From Neoconidiobolus thromboides FSU 785 (taxonomy: Eukaryota > Fungi > Entomophthoromycota): 64,000 nucleotides of DNA. Location: positions 62,001 through 126,000 of the forward strand of contig MU626262.1 of NCBI GenBank assembly GCA_025603075.1, read 5' to 3'. Shown piece by piece: positions 51,477-62,090 of the stretch. The position numbers and the translations under genes are program-made. Position 1 is the first letter of the stretch. The number at the start of each line of letters is the position of its first letter. Under the pieces are notes generated by a model. That model worked only from the letters and a program-made list of their open reading frames with translations. It was not told the origin of the DNA and made no database searches.

Positions 51477-51549
51477 GGGGTAGTAGCTCAATCGGTAGAG
51501 TACTCGCTTTGCATGCGAGGGGCACGGGGATCGAAACCCTGCTACTCCA
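51477..51549 (+). tRNA. tRNA-Ala(TGC), intronless
   Basis: 73 nt. Acceptor GGGGTAG/CTACTCC with the G3:U70 Ala identity pair, D arm GCTC/GAGT, anticodon arm CTCGC-TT-TGC-AT-GCGAG, T loop ATCGAAA, discriminator A. Confidence 0.93.
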
Positions 51550-52474
51550 TTGTTTATTTTTCATTCAAAATCAAATGAAAAAGCTATACTGATTCAAGCA
51601 GTTATTAAAGGATTAAAGTATTTTGTATTCAAAGTAAAATGAAGCATGTAATTTTGGAAAATGTGAGTTTATTGGGCAATAATTTTAGAACACTATTGGA
51701 ATTAGTCAAAGGGACTAGTAAATATACTTATTTTTCAAATTAATCAATATAAACCAAATACTGTCATTACTGACATAGTATATGGGAAGCTGGGCTACCA
51801 CTAAATATCAAAAAATATTCAAATATATTCATTTGATCTTGTTGCTGCTAACCCAAGGGACACTGCTTACAATTAACAAATACAGTGTTTTTAAGCTATT
51901 ATGTCTATTCAATAAAAAAAGTGGATCAGACTGTATAGTTTTTTTTAAATAATAATTAAAACAAAAGTGAACAAAATTTCAAATATTGTATTAAAAATAA
52001 ATGTAACTTTAGTGATAATAATAATAATGTCAATATCCCATATATGTTTGCTTTCGTTTCAACTATTATTAAAAAAAATAGCACTTTATTTTATTATTTT
52101 GAAATAGTAGAGTAAGTTAATAGTATTGAAATACAAAGCAATAAAATAGCTTACATATAAAATAAAAAAATACCTAGTTCAACAAAGATTATTTTTACTG
52201 AAAGTAATAGTAGTTAGGATTTAAAGTGGAGTTACTAAAATAAGCTTGAGGATGATGGCTATACTTTGCCAATTGGTATTGATGACGCTTTGGAGCTATG
52301 ATTGAGTTCATGTCCTTAAAGTAAGTTAACATAAAATCAATGTAGAAGTTAATATTCATGAAATACTTGGAATTGAAAATAATTACATTGTTTAAGTTAG
52401 ATTGTATTATTGGCCTGTTTTGAATATTAAAGAGTAGATCATCAACACTAAGGTTACAATCTATAAGTTTAAGT

Positions 52475-53570
52475 TTAACTAGAAAGACATGAGCTGGTTA
52501 AAAACTTCAAAAAATCGATTCCTAAAGTGAAAGTGCGTAAAGTCAATTTCAACAGATTATTTTTCTTCTTTGGATGAATATCTTTAATTAAAAACACTAA
52601 ACTGTTTTTGATAAATAAACTCAAATAAGTATTGATAGAAAATAACATACGCAATTTCTTCGTTGTGAAATTTGCAGAGTGTTCTAAATTTATTTGGTTT
52701 AATCTTGGAAACATTCCATTATTAATCACTATTTCACTTAAAGCAATACTGTAATGTTAATTCCCTTACATCAAATACACCTTCAAATCTAATATCAAAC
52801 TTTATAGTGATATAAAGAGACTTAATATTTGGAAAATGATCAAAATTAATTAAAATTCCTTTTGAGTTTAGTAATTTAATATGCTCTAAATGTAAATATA
52901 TTAGTTTTGGAAATATATTTTGTAATAAAAAGTTTAATTCTTTAAAATCAATATCAATATAATTTAACTTCAATTCCTTTGAATCACTAAATTTATTAAC
53001 TACTAATTTAAAACATTTTATTGAATCAAATATCGTATTCCCTTGAATTGTTAATGAAGTAATATTTGATGATAGATAAGGTAATATAGAACTTATAAAC
53101 TCTTAATTGATTCTATTAATTTTTAACTACTCCAAATATTGAAGTACTTCTTTAATAGATAAACTATTAGTGAACATATATATTTCAATTGACATACCAT
53201 CTATTTGATCTATGAATTTGGTTTCTATTAATGGAATATGGTTAAAATGATTGTAATAAAATAAACAGTATTTCAATGGAATATATAGCTTTTTGCAATT
53301 TAGGTTAATAGATGATTCAATTGGGATAGTCGAATAGTCTTCAAGTTTTAATGACTTGATATAATGCCCATATTTTTTAAAACTATCATTCATTTCTTTA
53401 TTATAATGACTTTGTCTATTTGGTAACACATCTTCCCATAATATAGGTAAAATTAATTTATTCCATGATTTACAGATTACAAGTAGTTGTATTTTGTCTG
53501 TTCTCGCGAGGTGATAGAGGATTTCTTGAATTATTTTAGCTCCTAAGGTTTCGAGGTTAAAATCGACATT
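52475..53570 (-). pseudogene. F-box/LRR (RNI-like) protein pseudogene, copy Y (remnants extend toward ~52250)
   Basis: N-terminal F-box-like FNLETLGAKIIQEILYHL...LLVICKSWNKLILPILW. Leu-rich segments are in one frame but interrupted by several stops. No in-frame ATG next to the MITE at 53584. Confidence 0.7.
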
Positions 53571-53583
53571 TATCTCTATTAAT

Positions 53584-53682
53584 TGAGGATGTTTTCTTTA
53601 TTTCATTACTTTTCTATTTTCTAAGCGCTATTTGGGTGGAAAGATTATCAGTAAAACTCTAAACAAAAAAATACATCGCCGA
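53584..53682 (+). mobile_element. MITE copy (degenerate)
   Basis: TGAGGATGTTTTCTTTATTTCATTACTTTT...aagcgctatttgggtggaaag...AAAAAATACATCGCC. Confidence 0.75.
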
Positions 53683-54160
53683 TTTTTAAAAACAAAACAA
53701 AACATAACTTATTTTTAATTTATATATTTCTCAAATCTTTTTATCTTTTTGTCTTTTTTGAATTAAAATAGTAAATCAAATGATTAAATTTAGTAAATTC
53801 TTATTTAGTGCTATTACAATGTTTATGAAATATTTTTCTTTTATTATAGTGTTATAGTTCATTTTCAACAAATTAGCATTCAAATAAATGGGAAGAATCA
53901 ACTTTATATTATTTTCTTGGATGATCGTATTAACTTTTATTAATAAAAGGTTACACGAGTTGAAGTAAATTACGCTTATAATTATATATTATTTATCTAA
54001 TTCAAACGGTGTGGACATATGAGCCTTAAAAGATTCCGATACTAATTTGGTCTAAACTCGTCCGAAAAACAAAAAAGAGAAAGAGTAGTATATTTATATA
54101 ATGTCGCCTTATTATATGTTAAGATTGTAAATGAATCAAGATTTTTAAAATTAGCTAACA

Positions 54161-54264
54161 TATGAGGATGTATTTTTATATTTAAGAATTTTACTGACAA
54201 TTTTTCCACATAAATAGCGCTTAAAAAATGGAAAAATAATGAAACTAAAAAAAACAGCCCCATA
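54161..54264 (-). mobile_element. MITE inserted in F-box/LRR copy X (read through in frame)
   Basis: ATATGAGGATGTATTTTT...AAAAAAACAGCCCCATAT. The empty site gives SSIDY-MLANFK. Confidence 0.9.
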
Positions 54265-54478
54265 TAATCAATAGAACTAGTACAAACACGAGGGCTATAA
54301 TAAATGACTTTGATTAAGTTTGACAGTGTCTTTTTTTCTTCCCTGAGATTAAAAGATACATTGTTGTATTCAAAGTCACAGTCTTCTATTTCAAGAGTAT
54401 ACAAATTAGGACATGAAGTACATGAAAACTTCAAAAAATCAATTCCTAAAGTAGAATTGACAACCTTTAGCTTCAATA

Positions 54479-54582
54479 TATGGGGATGTTTTTTTGGCTT
54501 CATTACTTTTCCCATCTTTTAAGCGCTATTTGACTGCAAAAATTGTTAGTAAAATCCTTAAATACAAAAATACATTCTCATA
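54479..54582 (+). mobile_element. MITE inserted in F-box/LRR copy X
   Basis: ATATGGGGATGTTTTTTT...AAAAATACATTCTCATAT. The empty site gives KINN-ILKLK in frame. Confidence 0.9.
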
Positions 54583-57011
54583 TTATTAATTTTTTTTGGA
54601 TAGATTTCTTTAATCAAAAAGGTTAATTGAGATCTTGAGAACTCTAAGTATGTGATTATTGACATATTAAATATTGAATATAAATGTCGAGATAAGATAT
54701 GGTTACCACTTGTAAATAAAAACTGATTTATTTTTGGGAATATGTCATTATTTATAGTTGCTTTGGTTAAGTCACAATAATCCAATGATAACATTTTTAA
54801 ATTGGATCTTCCATTAAACACTACCATAAACCGTCCTCTAATAGTAAGGGATTCAAGCTTCGGATAATTGCTTAAATTTATATTCACTACTTTCGAACCT
54901 TTTACCTCTATATTATTGATGACTAGATGGTTTAATTGCAAATATTGTTTATTTGAGAAAAAATTGAGATTATCTAATTCCATAGTGAAATAGTTTAATT
55001 CAAGTCTTCTCAAATTCTCAAGTTCATATGGTAATTTGAAATAGTACGTATGATCATCATTGGGGGTATTATTAAATATTAATGTAGTGATGGTAAATGA
55101 TAAATATGGTATTATTAATGTTGCGAAATAACTATATGATCGAATAACTTTTAAGTATTGTATGTCATGGAATAACTCTTTGACACAAATTCCATGAGTA
55201 TAGATATATTCCTCAGTTGACATACTATTGATATTATTAGTATAATAAAGACTTATATAAGGTATGTGCTTCAGACGCGGTTTATGTTTTAAATAGTTGT
55301 ATAAAGTCAAGTAAACTTTTTTACAATTCGGATACGTAGATGAATTAATTAATATATTTGAATATAATAATTATAATTTTTAAAGCTTTTACTCATTATT
55401 TTGAAATTATAGTCCCTATATGATAGATTTATATCTTCCGATAGTGTTGGAGTTAATAATTTGCTCCATTCTTTACAACAAATGAGTAAATTAAGCTTTT
55501 TTTTATTTGAAAGATGCAATAAAATATCTTTAATTGCTTTTCTTCCAAGATTTTCAAGTTTGAAGTTATTGTTCATTTTAAAAATTAAAAATGAAAGATG
55601 AATTTATCTCTGATCAGTTTATATACTGCTCAGATTGCTTCACTATTCTTTTACACTGATGATTGATCTTAATTCTATAAATAGCTTAATGGCCTTAATT
55701 TAATAGCAAAAAAATAGTCAAGTTCTTATATGGTTATAATTATCTCTTTGAATATTTTTCTAAGTGTATTTTAAAAAAGTCAATAACACTTGAGAGAAGT
55801 TAATAACAATAGATTTAATGTTTAACCAATTAGGATATAAAGCATTGTAGTAAAATCTAATAATAGTTATATTATTTATGAAAATAAATAATAAAATAGC
55901 ACCAAACAATGGCCAAGGTTTGAAAGTTTTATAAAAGCTAAAGTTGGGTCATCGACTACTTGAACATACTTATAAAATATTTAAGTAGTATAACCAAAAA
56001 ATAAACACATTTAATTACTCTCTCATTATAATTTATAATTTATAAAAACAGTGGCAACCAATTAAAAATTTAAGTTTGTGTTGTTCAAATTCTGCTTAAT
56101 TTAAAATTTGAGAATTAGTTAAAAGTACATTGCCTAATTGAAGAAATTTTAAGTTCAAATCTATAAGTTAGATTTGTAGTTTAGTATACTTTTACAACTG
56201 ATAAATCATGGAAAAAACAGGTAGCTGTAGTATCAAATAAAAATTTAATAACAGTATTATTATGGGCAAAATAATCTGCTGTTGCAAGCAATAACTTATG
56301 AAAATGCTTTGGAATTAAAATTGAGTAGTTGATAGTTTAATAGCTACTAATCCAATTTAAATGTAGACTGGGATTTTATTATTTGTAACTACAAGATACA
56401 GAAATAGAAAAAGCTAAACTAATTACTTTTCAAAGACGCAATATAAATGCTCAATTTATGTTTAAATTGGATGTCAGAATACAAAATTACAGAAATTTAA
56501 GGTACAAATTGGAAAAAACGTCTGTATCAACTAAATAATTCAAGTAATACTTGTTATTTAGCACTTGTTGACTATAGTTTTTTTATTTTTATCAATCTTT
56601 GCATTATATAATTATAACGTAATTTAAAGGACAGCCTAAATATCATTTTACAATAATTGTAAAAAACTATTTAATCAATATTGCTAGAAGGATTACAGAA
56701 AACTTGAAAAGTAAAACATGAAAACTATTTAGAAAGAGGGTAAATGTATAGATAGTTAAAAATTATATTACTTTTAAAAATTCACTTTATTTTACGAAAA
56801 AATGTCCAATGAGATTATTAAGGGTGATCTGTTAATTTCATGTAAATCTAAAAGCTCTAATTAAAATCTATTGAATTTACAAATGAAATGGGATTAACAT
56901 TAATTTTATATAAAGTAGCTTGAAAAATCGGCTATTAAAATACTTAGCCATTAATGCGATTATATAAAAAGGAATCAAAAGAGAAAAATTAATATAAAGT
57001 ATTATTCAAAA

Positions 57012-58001
57012 ATGCTGTTTAAAAACGTTATTTTATATTTAAGCTTCATAATACAAGTTACAGTACAGGTTGATTTCAATATAGATAAAGAAGTAAATAG
57101 TTTAGTTAAAAAATTCAATTTGCCCACATCACCTTTATTTAAGTTTTTGTTAAAAAAGAAATTTTTAAAGAGAAAGAAAGCAGCAACTAGTAAAACAATA
57201 ACTAAACTAAGAACTAGTACTGTTGAGGAAGTAAAGGAGGGCGCAGTGTTTGCATCAGTAGGACCTTGCGACTTGAATTTATTAAAAGAGTGGAAATGCA
57301 AATCATGTTTACAAGCCCCTAATAACGTCTTTGTAGATTCTTTTTATAATCATGAAACTGAAGTCTTTGCCTTACTTGTAAAAGATGAAATTGAAACCAC
57401 CTTTAGGTTGATATTCCGTGCCACTACAACTGCAATAAATGAAGAGCATAATCAAAATACTATATTAATTCCATACGACTCAAATTCACAAGCAATTAAA
57501 GTTCATACTGGTTACAAAACAAGTATAGATTCTGTTTCACATAAAATAGTTTCTAAATTGAAAGATTTATATAAACAAGAGCAATACAAAGGTTATAAAA
57601 TGAAAATTTATGGTCATTCTTTAGGTGGCGCATTAGCTAGTTTAGCAGTATTAAAAATCCAATCTGAGTTAGAGTTGAATGAAGGTAAATTATATCTATT
57701 TACTTATGGACAACCTAGAGTAGGAAATTATGATTTTGTACGTTTTTTCAACAGTCACAAATTTCATAGTTCAAGAGTAGTAAACTACCATGATGAAATA
57801 ACCCATTTTCCTGCTTATGTTACGGAAGACTATATACATTTTAATAATGAGATCTTTATTGATAAAGATAATAGCGTAATTCAATGTAATTCTTCCTACT
57901 TTGAAGATTCTGAGTGTTCTCAAAAAGTTCCAATAGCCGATTTATCTAAGGAATCGCATGGAACTTATTTCATTGATCTTCGTCCTAGAAGTGTTTGTTA
58001 A
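57012..58001 (+). CDS. Secreted class-3 lipase, subfamily A
   Basis: 329 aa; FRAT, GHSLGG, TYGQPRVGN, HDEITHFP, SHGTYF. Confidence 0.92.
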   Translation: MLFKNVILYLSFIIQVTVQVDFNIDKEVNSLVKKFNLPTSPLFKFLLKKKFLKRKKAATSKTITKLRTSTVEEVKEGAVFASVGPCDLNLLKEWKCKSCLQAPNNVFVDSFYNHETEVFALLVKDEIETTFRLIFRATTTAINEEHNQNTILIPYDSNSQAIKVHTGYKTSIDSVSHKIVSKLKDLYKQEQYKGYKMKIYGHSLGGALASLAVLKIQSELELNEGKLYLFTYGQPRVGNYDFVRFFNSHKFHSSRVVNYHDEITHFPAYVTEDYIHFNNEIFIDKDNSVIQCNSSYFEDSECSQKVPIADLSKESHGTYFIDLRPRSVC

Positions 58002-58138
58002 AATAAAGATACTTAGCATAAAAATAAAAATAAGTAGTTGTGATATTTTAAAAAAGTAAACAAGTTTAGTATCAAATTAATAAAATATCACTAAGTTAAA
58101 TCAAAAAATTATTAAGGTTATTTATAATCATAATAAGC

Positions 58139-59071
58139 TCAGCATACATTAGATGTCTCGATTAAAACATTATAGTATGTTGTATGGACACTAGGGTATA
58201 GTTTACTATCAGGGACGCTTAGCGCACATTTAGAATCCTCTAATACAGATGAATCGCAATAATTTACAGATGTTCCATTAGAAAAAAGTTCATTAGCATG
58301 ATGCCCATAAAAAAGTACAGATGGTGGTGGTGTTCTAAGTACAAGGACATAATAGTTTGCAGACCTAGGAACTGTGATAGGTTGAAAATCAAACCATTTA
58401 GCAAATTGTACATTTCCAGTACGTGATTGTTCATAAGTATATAATTCAAATTTATCCCATGGCAAGTTAAGTTTGTCCTTAATTTTTAATAAAGCTAAAG
58501 GAGCTATGGCTCCACCTAATGAATGACCAACATCTTTAATTTTATAGTTAGAGTATTATTGATTCTTCAATAAATTTTTTAGCACATTCAAAAAAAGGCC
58601 ATAAAGTGACTCCATATCGGTCAAAAACTCACTATGTACTAGGGCACCAGTGCTGTGTACACTATTAAAGGGTAATTTGATCAATTCAAAATCTGATACC
58701 CAATTTAGTATTTTTTTAGTACTAAGAAAAGACAAAATAATGGCCTAGTTACCGTTATTTATAGCTAAATAGCCTCTTGTCTGTAGTAAAGGATTACTGA
58801 GTGTCGTTACAAATTGCGTTCGTGGTACATTTTGACGTACTTTACAATCTCAATTTTGTAAGCTATTATCACTACATAAAATAGCTGAAGCATAATAGAC
58901 ATGTTTTATAGCATCTTTTATACTTGGTTTAAGAGTATTATCTGTTATTTGTTTGCTATACCATTTAGCTCCTATCGTTGTTATCGGCTTTGTTCTATTT
59001 TCTACTATTGAAACGATAGGAAAAATTATTTTATTGAGCATTAATAATAGCAAATAAACAAAGATATTCAT
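58139..59071 (-). pseudogene. Class-3 lipase subfamily B pseudogene
   Basis: 933 nt, the same length as intact paralogs. In-frame TGA (58850-52, Trp position), TAG (58745-47, Gln) and TAA (58556-58, Gln). GQPR has become EQSR and the catalytic NDPVPR has become YVLVLR. Confidence 0.9.
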
Positions 59072-59178
59072 ACGAATAAATGATTGAAGCTTTGATTGAA
59101 TTGTCTATTGAGTTTATTTAAATCTAATATTTTATATTTTCTCTAAAAGCAGACCAAGTTTCTTAAATTTAATAACTA

Positions 59179-59282
59179 TATGGGAGTGTTTTTTTTGATC
59201 TCACTACTCTTCCATTTTTTAAGCGCTATTTAAGCGGAAATTTTTTTAGTAAAATTCTTAAACACAAAAATACATCCTCATA
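59179..59282 (+). mobile_element. MITE copy
   Basis: ATATGGGAGTGTTTTTTT...AAAAATACATCCTCATAT; 100 bp between the TA dinucleotides. Confidence 0.9.
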
Positions 59283-60420
59283 TCTATTCAATGAGAAAAT
59301 GCTCTCAAGAGATGAATAGTGAAGCATATTACTTGTAATGCACTTCAAATGGTCTAATCAACACTGATTGCCGCGAAAATGAAATGCTAAAATGTTATGT
59401 TTATAGACGTTTACTTTCAAATGTGTAACGTTTTTCCTAAGTTATATGAAAACGTCAATGGGTATTCTCATTTCGTATTTTAAAAAATGAAAAATTCTTA
59501 GAACGAATTTAGCAAAAATAGGATATGAATATTCATTTACATTTAAATTAAATTTGGGGAAAATATCACACAATTGAACATAATCAGATGTATCAAATTT
59601 TGTTAAATGCAATCCGTTCTGATGCAAAAATAACATTCTTATTAATTTAACTAATGTCGACCAAGTTATTATTACAAAACTACAAAAAATAAACGTTTAA
59701 GCAATTTTGATCAAAAATATAAACTTGATTTGTTTATTATTAATAGAACTTGTATTGTTTAATTATTTTTGAATATGGGTTTGTTTACACTTAGGCTTGA
59801 TTACTCTAGTTTTGGCCCTAAAAAATTTGTGAGTTGAGAAAAAATGTGAAAATAGTCCTTTTTTTATATGATAGTGAAAGTGTATGGCCTTAAGTGTTAT
59901 ATCAGCGTAAGAAATGGTTGCTATATGTATAAAACAAATAGTCATTTTTTTGCTTTATTTTAAAATAAACACACTAGATTATTTGAGCAAAACTAAATTG
60001 AACTGATAATTATTATAAATTTAATATAGTTGCAGCTTTTCAGTGAAATTTTTAACCACTCCTTTAGGAGTAAAAAAAATCGCCAAATTTCGTCAAAGCT
60101 GTAGGTACCAAGGTTTAAAAAATCAATTAGATAAATAATTTGACTACTAATACTATCATTGATTATTTTGCAAAAGAACTAGAAGAGAGTAAAATTTTTA
60201 AACTCATCTATATATGTATTCAAAAATAGCTTGAGTGTATAAAAATTCATAAATTTTATAAACTTTCTGGTTATTTTTCTATCACTATAGTTATTATGTT
60301 TTCTATTATGGCAAATAGATTCATAGTTTTAACTTATAAGAAAAGAAATTATAGTTAAAGTCAACATATTTTTATTGAATTAAAAGGGCTATCAAGTAAT
60401 AATTTATAATTGTGACAAAT

Positions 60421-60929
60421 TTAGCATGCAGTAGATGCACTAAGAGAAACATTATAATAAGTTAAATGGGCATTTACATCTAATTCGGTATCAGGAGTGC
60501 TTAGCGCACAATTAGGATCTTCTAATACTGAAGTACTGCAATAGCTTGCAGATAATCCATTGATAAAGAGCTCATTAAGATGATGTGAGTAATTTAGTGT
60601 TAGTCGAGGAGGTAATCTAGGTACGGGATCATTATAGTTCACAGATCTAGCAACAGTGATTGGTAAAGCATCAAACCATTCAGCAAATTGTACATTTCCA
60701 GTACGTGGTTGTCCATAAGTATATAGTTCTAACTTATCCCATGACAAGTTAAGCTTGTCTTTGATTTTTATTGCAGCTAAAGAAGCCATAGCCCCACCTA
60801 ATGAATGGCCAACTACTCTAATTTTGTAATTTGTATATTGCTGATTTTGTATTAAAGTTTTTAATGCGCCCAAAAAAGAGCTAGAAACTGACTCCATAGC
60901 ATCCAAAAACCCACCATGTACTAGAGGCC
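60421..60929 (-). CDS. Class-3 lipase, subfamily B, 3' part (5' lost in gap)
   Basis: VHGGFLDAMES...GHSLGG...YTYGQPRTGN...NDPVPRLPP...AHLTYY. Confidence 0.88.
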
Positions 60930-61029
60930 NNNNNNNNNNNNNNNNNNNNNNNNNNNNNNNNNNNNNNNNNNNNNNNNNNNNNNNNNNNNNNNNNNNNNNN
61001 NNNNNNNNNNNNNNNNNNNNNNNNNNNNN
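60930..61029. other. Scaffold gap (100 N placeholder)
   Basis: Exactly 100 N. Confidence 1.
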
Positions 61030-62090
61030 GTTTCAAAGCCCATGGATTTAGCTAATTCACGTGCTTCATAGTAGCTAAGCTCTTGGGAACGGCAATTCCA
61101 TTTGGAAAGGTTAGCTTCTACATTACTGCAATTAGTTTGACGGATTTTACGAGCAACAGCCTCAGTAAAGGTTACAAGGTCAGCCTCATCAAGCCATTGT
61201 TCTTGAATGGCATGAAGTTGCTGAGCTGTTTTACCAGCTTTAACAGCTTCTTCTAAAATAGTAACAAGAGGACGTAAGCAGTTGTTAGTAGTACCTAAAA
61301 TAAATGGATGATCACGACGGTCAATATTACTGGTGAGAAGCTGAGCAGCTTCAGCATCAGTACGGGAAACAAGGATAGTTTCAGTATTCATAATATCAAA
61401 TTGAGCACGGATAGCAATAAGACGAGAAATGTGTTCAGAAGTAGGAACTAAAACTTTACCTCCCATATGACCACATTTCTTAGTACCAGCAGCTTGATCT
61501 TCAATATGGATACCAGCAGCACCTCGTTCAACGAACATTTTAGCAAGCTTCATGACAGCGGTTAAACCACCATGACCTGAGTCAGCATCAGCAATGATTG
61601 GTCGTAAGAAATCAGTATATGGAACTGTCTTTCTTTGTTCTGAAGTTAAACCGAAACGCTCTTCACGTTGCTTTCTATCATGGAATAATTGAGCACGGAA
61701 AAGTTGATCTACTTTATTTGGTACAGTATCCATTGGGTAATCAGCAAGATCTGGTCCTGGTTCATTGGAGGTGGAAGCAGTAGAAGAGCATTGCCATCCA
61801 GAAACATAAATGGTTTCGTGATATTTGGCCATTTGAGTTACTTGAACGGGGTCAAGAGCACCAAATGTATAAGAAGTGGTACGGCTATGTTGATGACGCT
61901 TTAAAAGAGACCATAACTTTTTTGCTTGAACATTGGATGGATATTCAATTTTAAGGGTACCACGTTTAGAAGCAATAGATTGAGCAGTATAAGGACGCTT
62001 TACATGAGAAAAACGAGAGGATGCCCACCAAGTGGATAAATGATTAAGCTCTTCGTCGTAGCAAGTTGTTTCGTTACAGAATTGAGTCAT
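61030..62090 (-). CDS. ICL1: Isocitrate lyase, copy B/C 5' part (3' lost in gap)
   Basis: [14 protein letters not shown]...WWASSRF...SKRGT...TFGALDP...KKCGHMGGK. It overlaps 21076..21878 almost identically. Confidence 0.93.

Larger units (their letters stand above)
54042..55576 (-). pseudogene. F-box/LRR (RNI-like) protein pseudogene, copy X, with two MITE insertions
   Basis: MNNNFKLENLGRKAIKDILLHL...ICCKEWSKLLTPTL is F-box-like. There is a stop and frameshift near 55350. After MITE removal it reads LIKEIYPKKINNILKLKVVNSTLGIDFLKF, colinear with copy Y (LIKDIHPKKKNNLLKLTLRTFTLGIDFLKF). Confidence 0.75.

Noticed and set aside
51301-51564. 87-aa minus-strand ORF
   Set aside because: It is made of the antisense tRNA-Ala and part of a MITE.
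54161-54582. MITE acting as an Introner (spliced out), since its TIR contains GTATTT
   Set aside because: I found no GT-AG pair that removes it in frame in either orientation, and the host genes are otherwise pseudogenised.
58139-59071. Classical RIP or A-to-I stop-codon rescue in the lipase pseudogene
   Set aside because: The near-identical ICL duplicates are unmutated, which argues against RIP. Editing could fix only the Trp stop, and the catalytic Asp is lost anyway.
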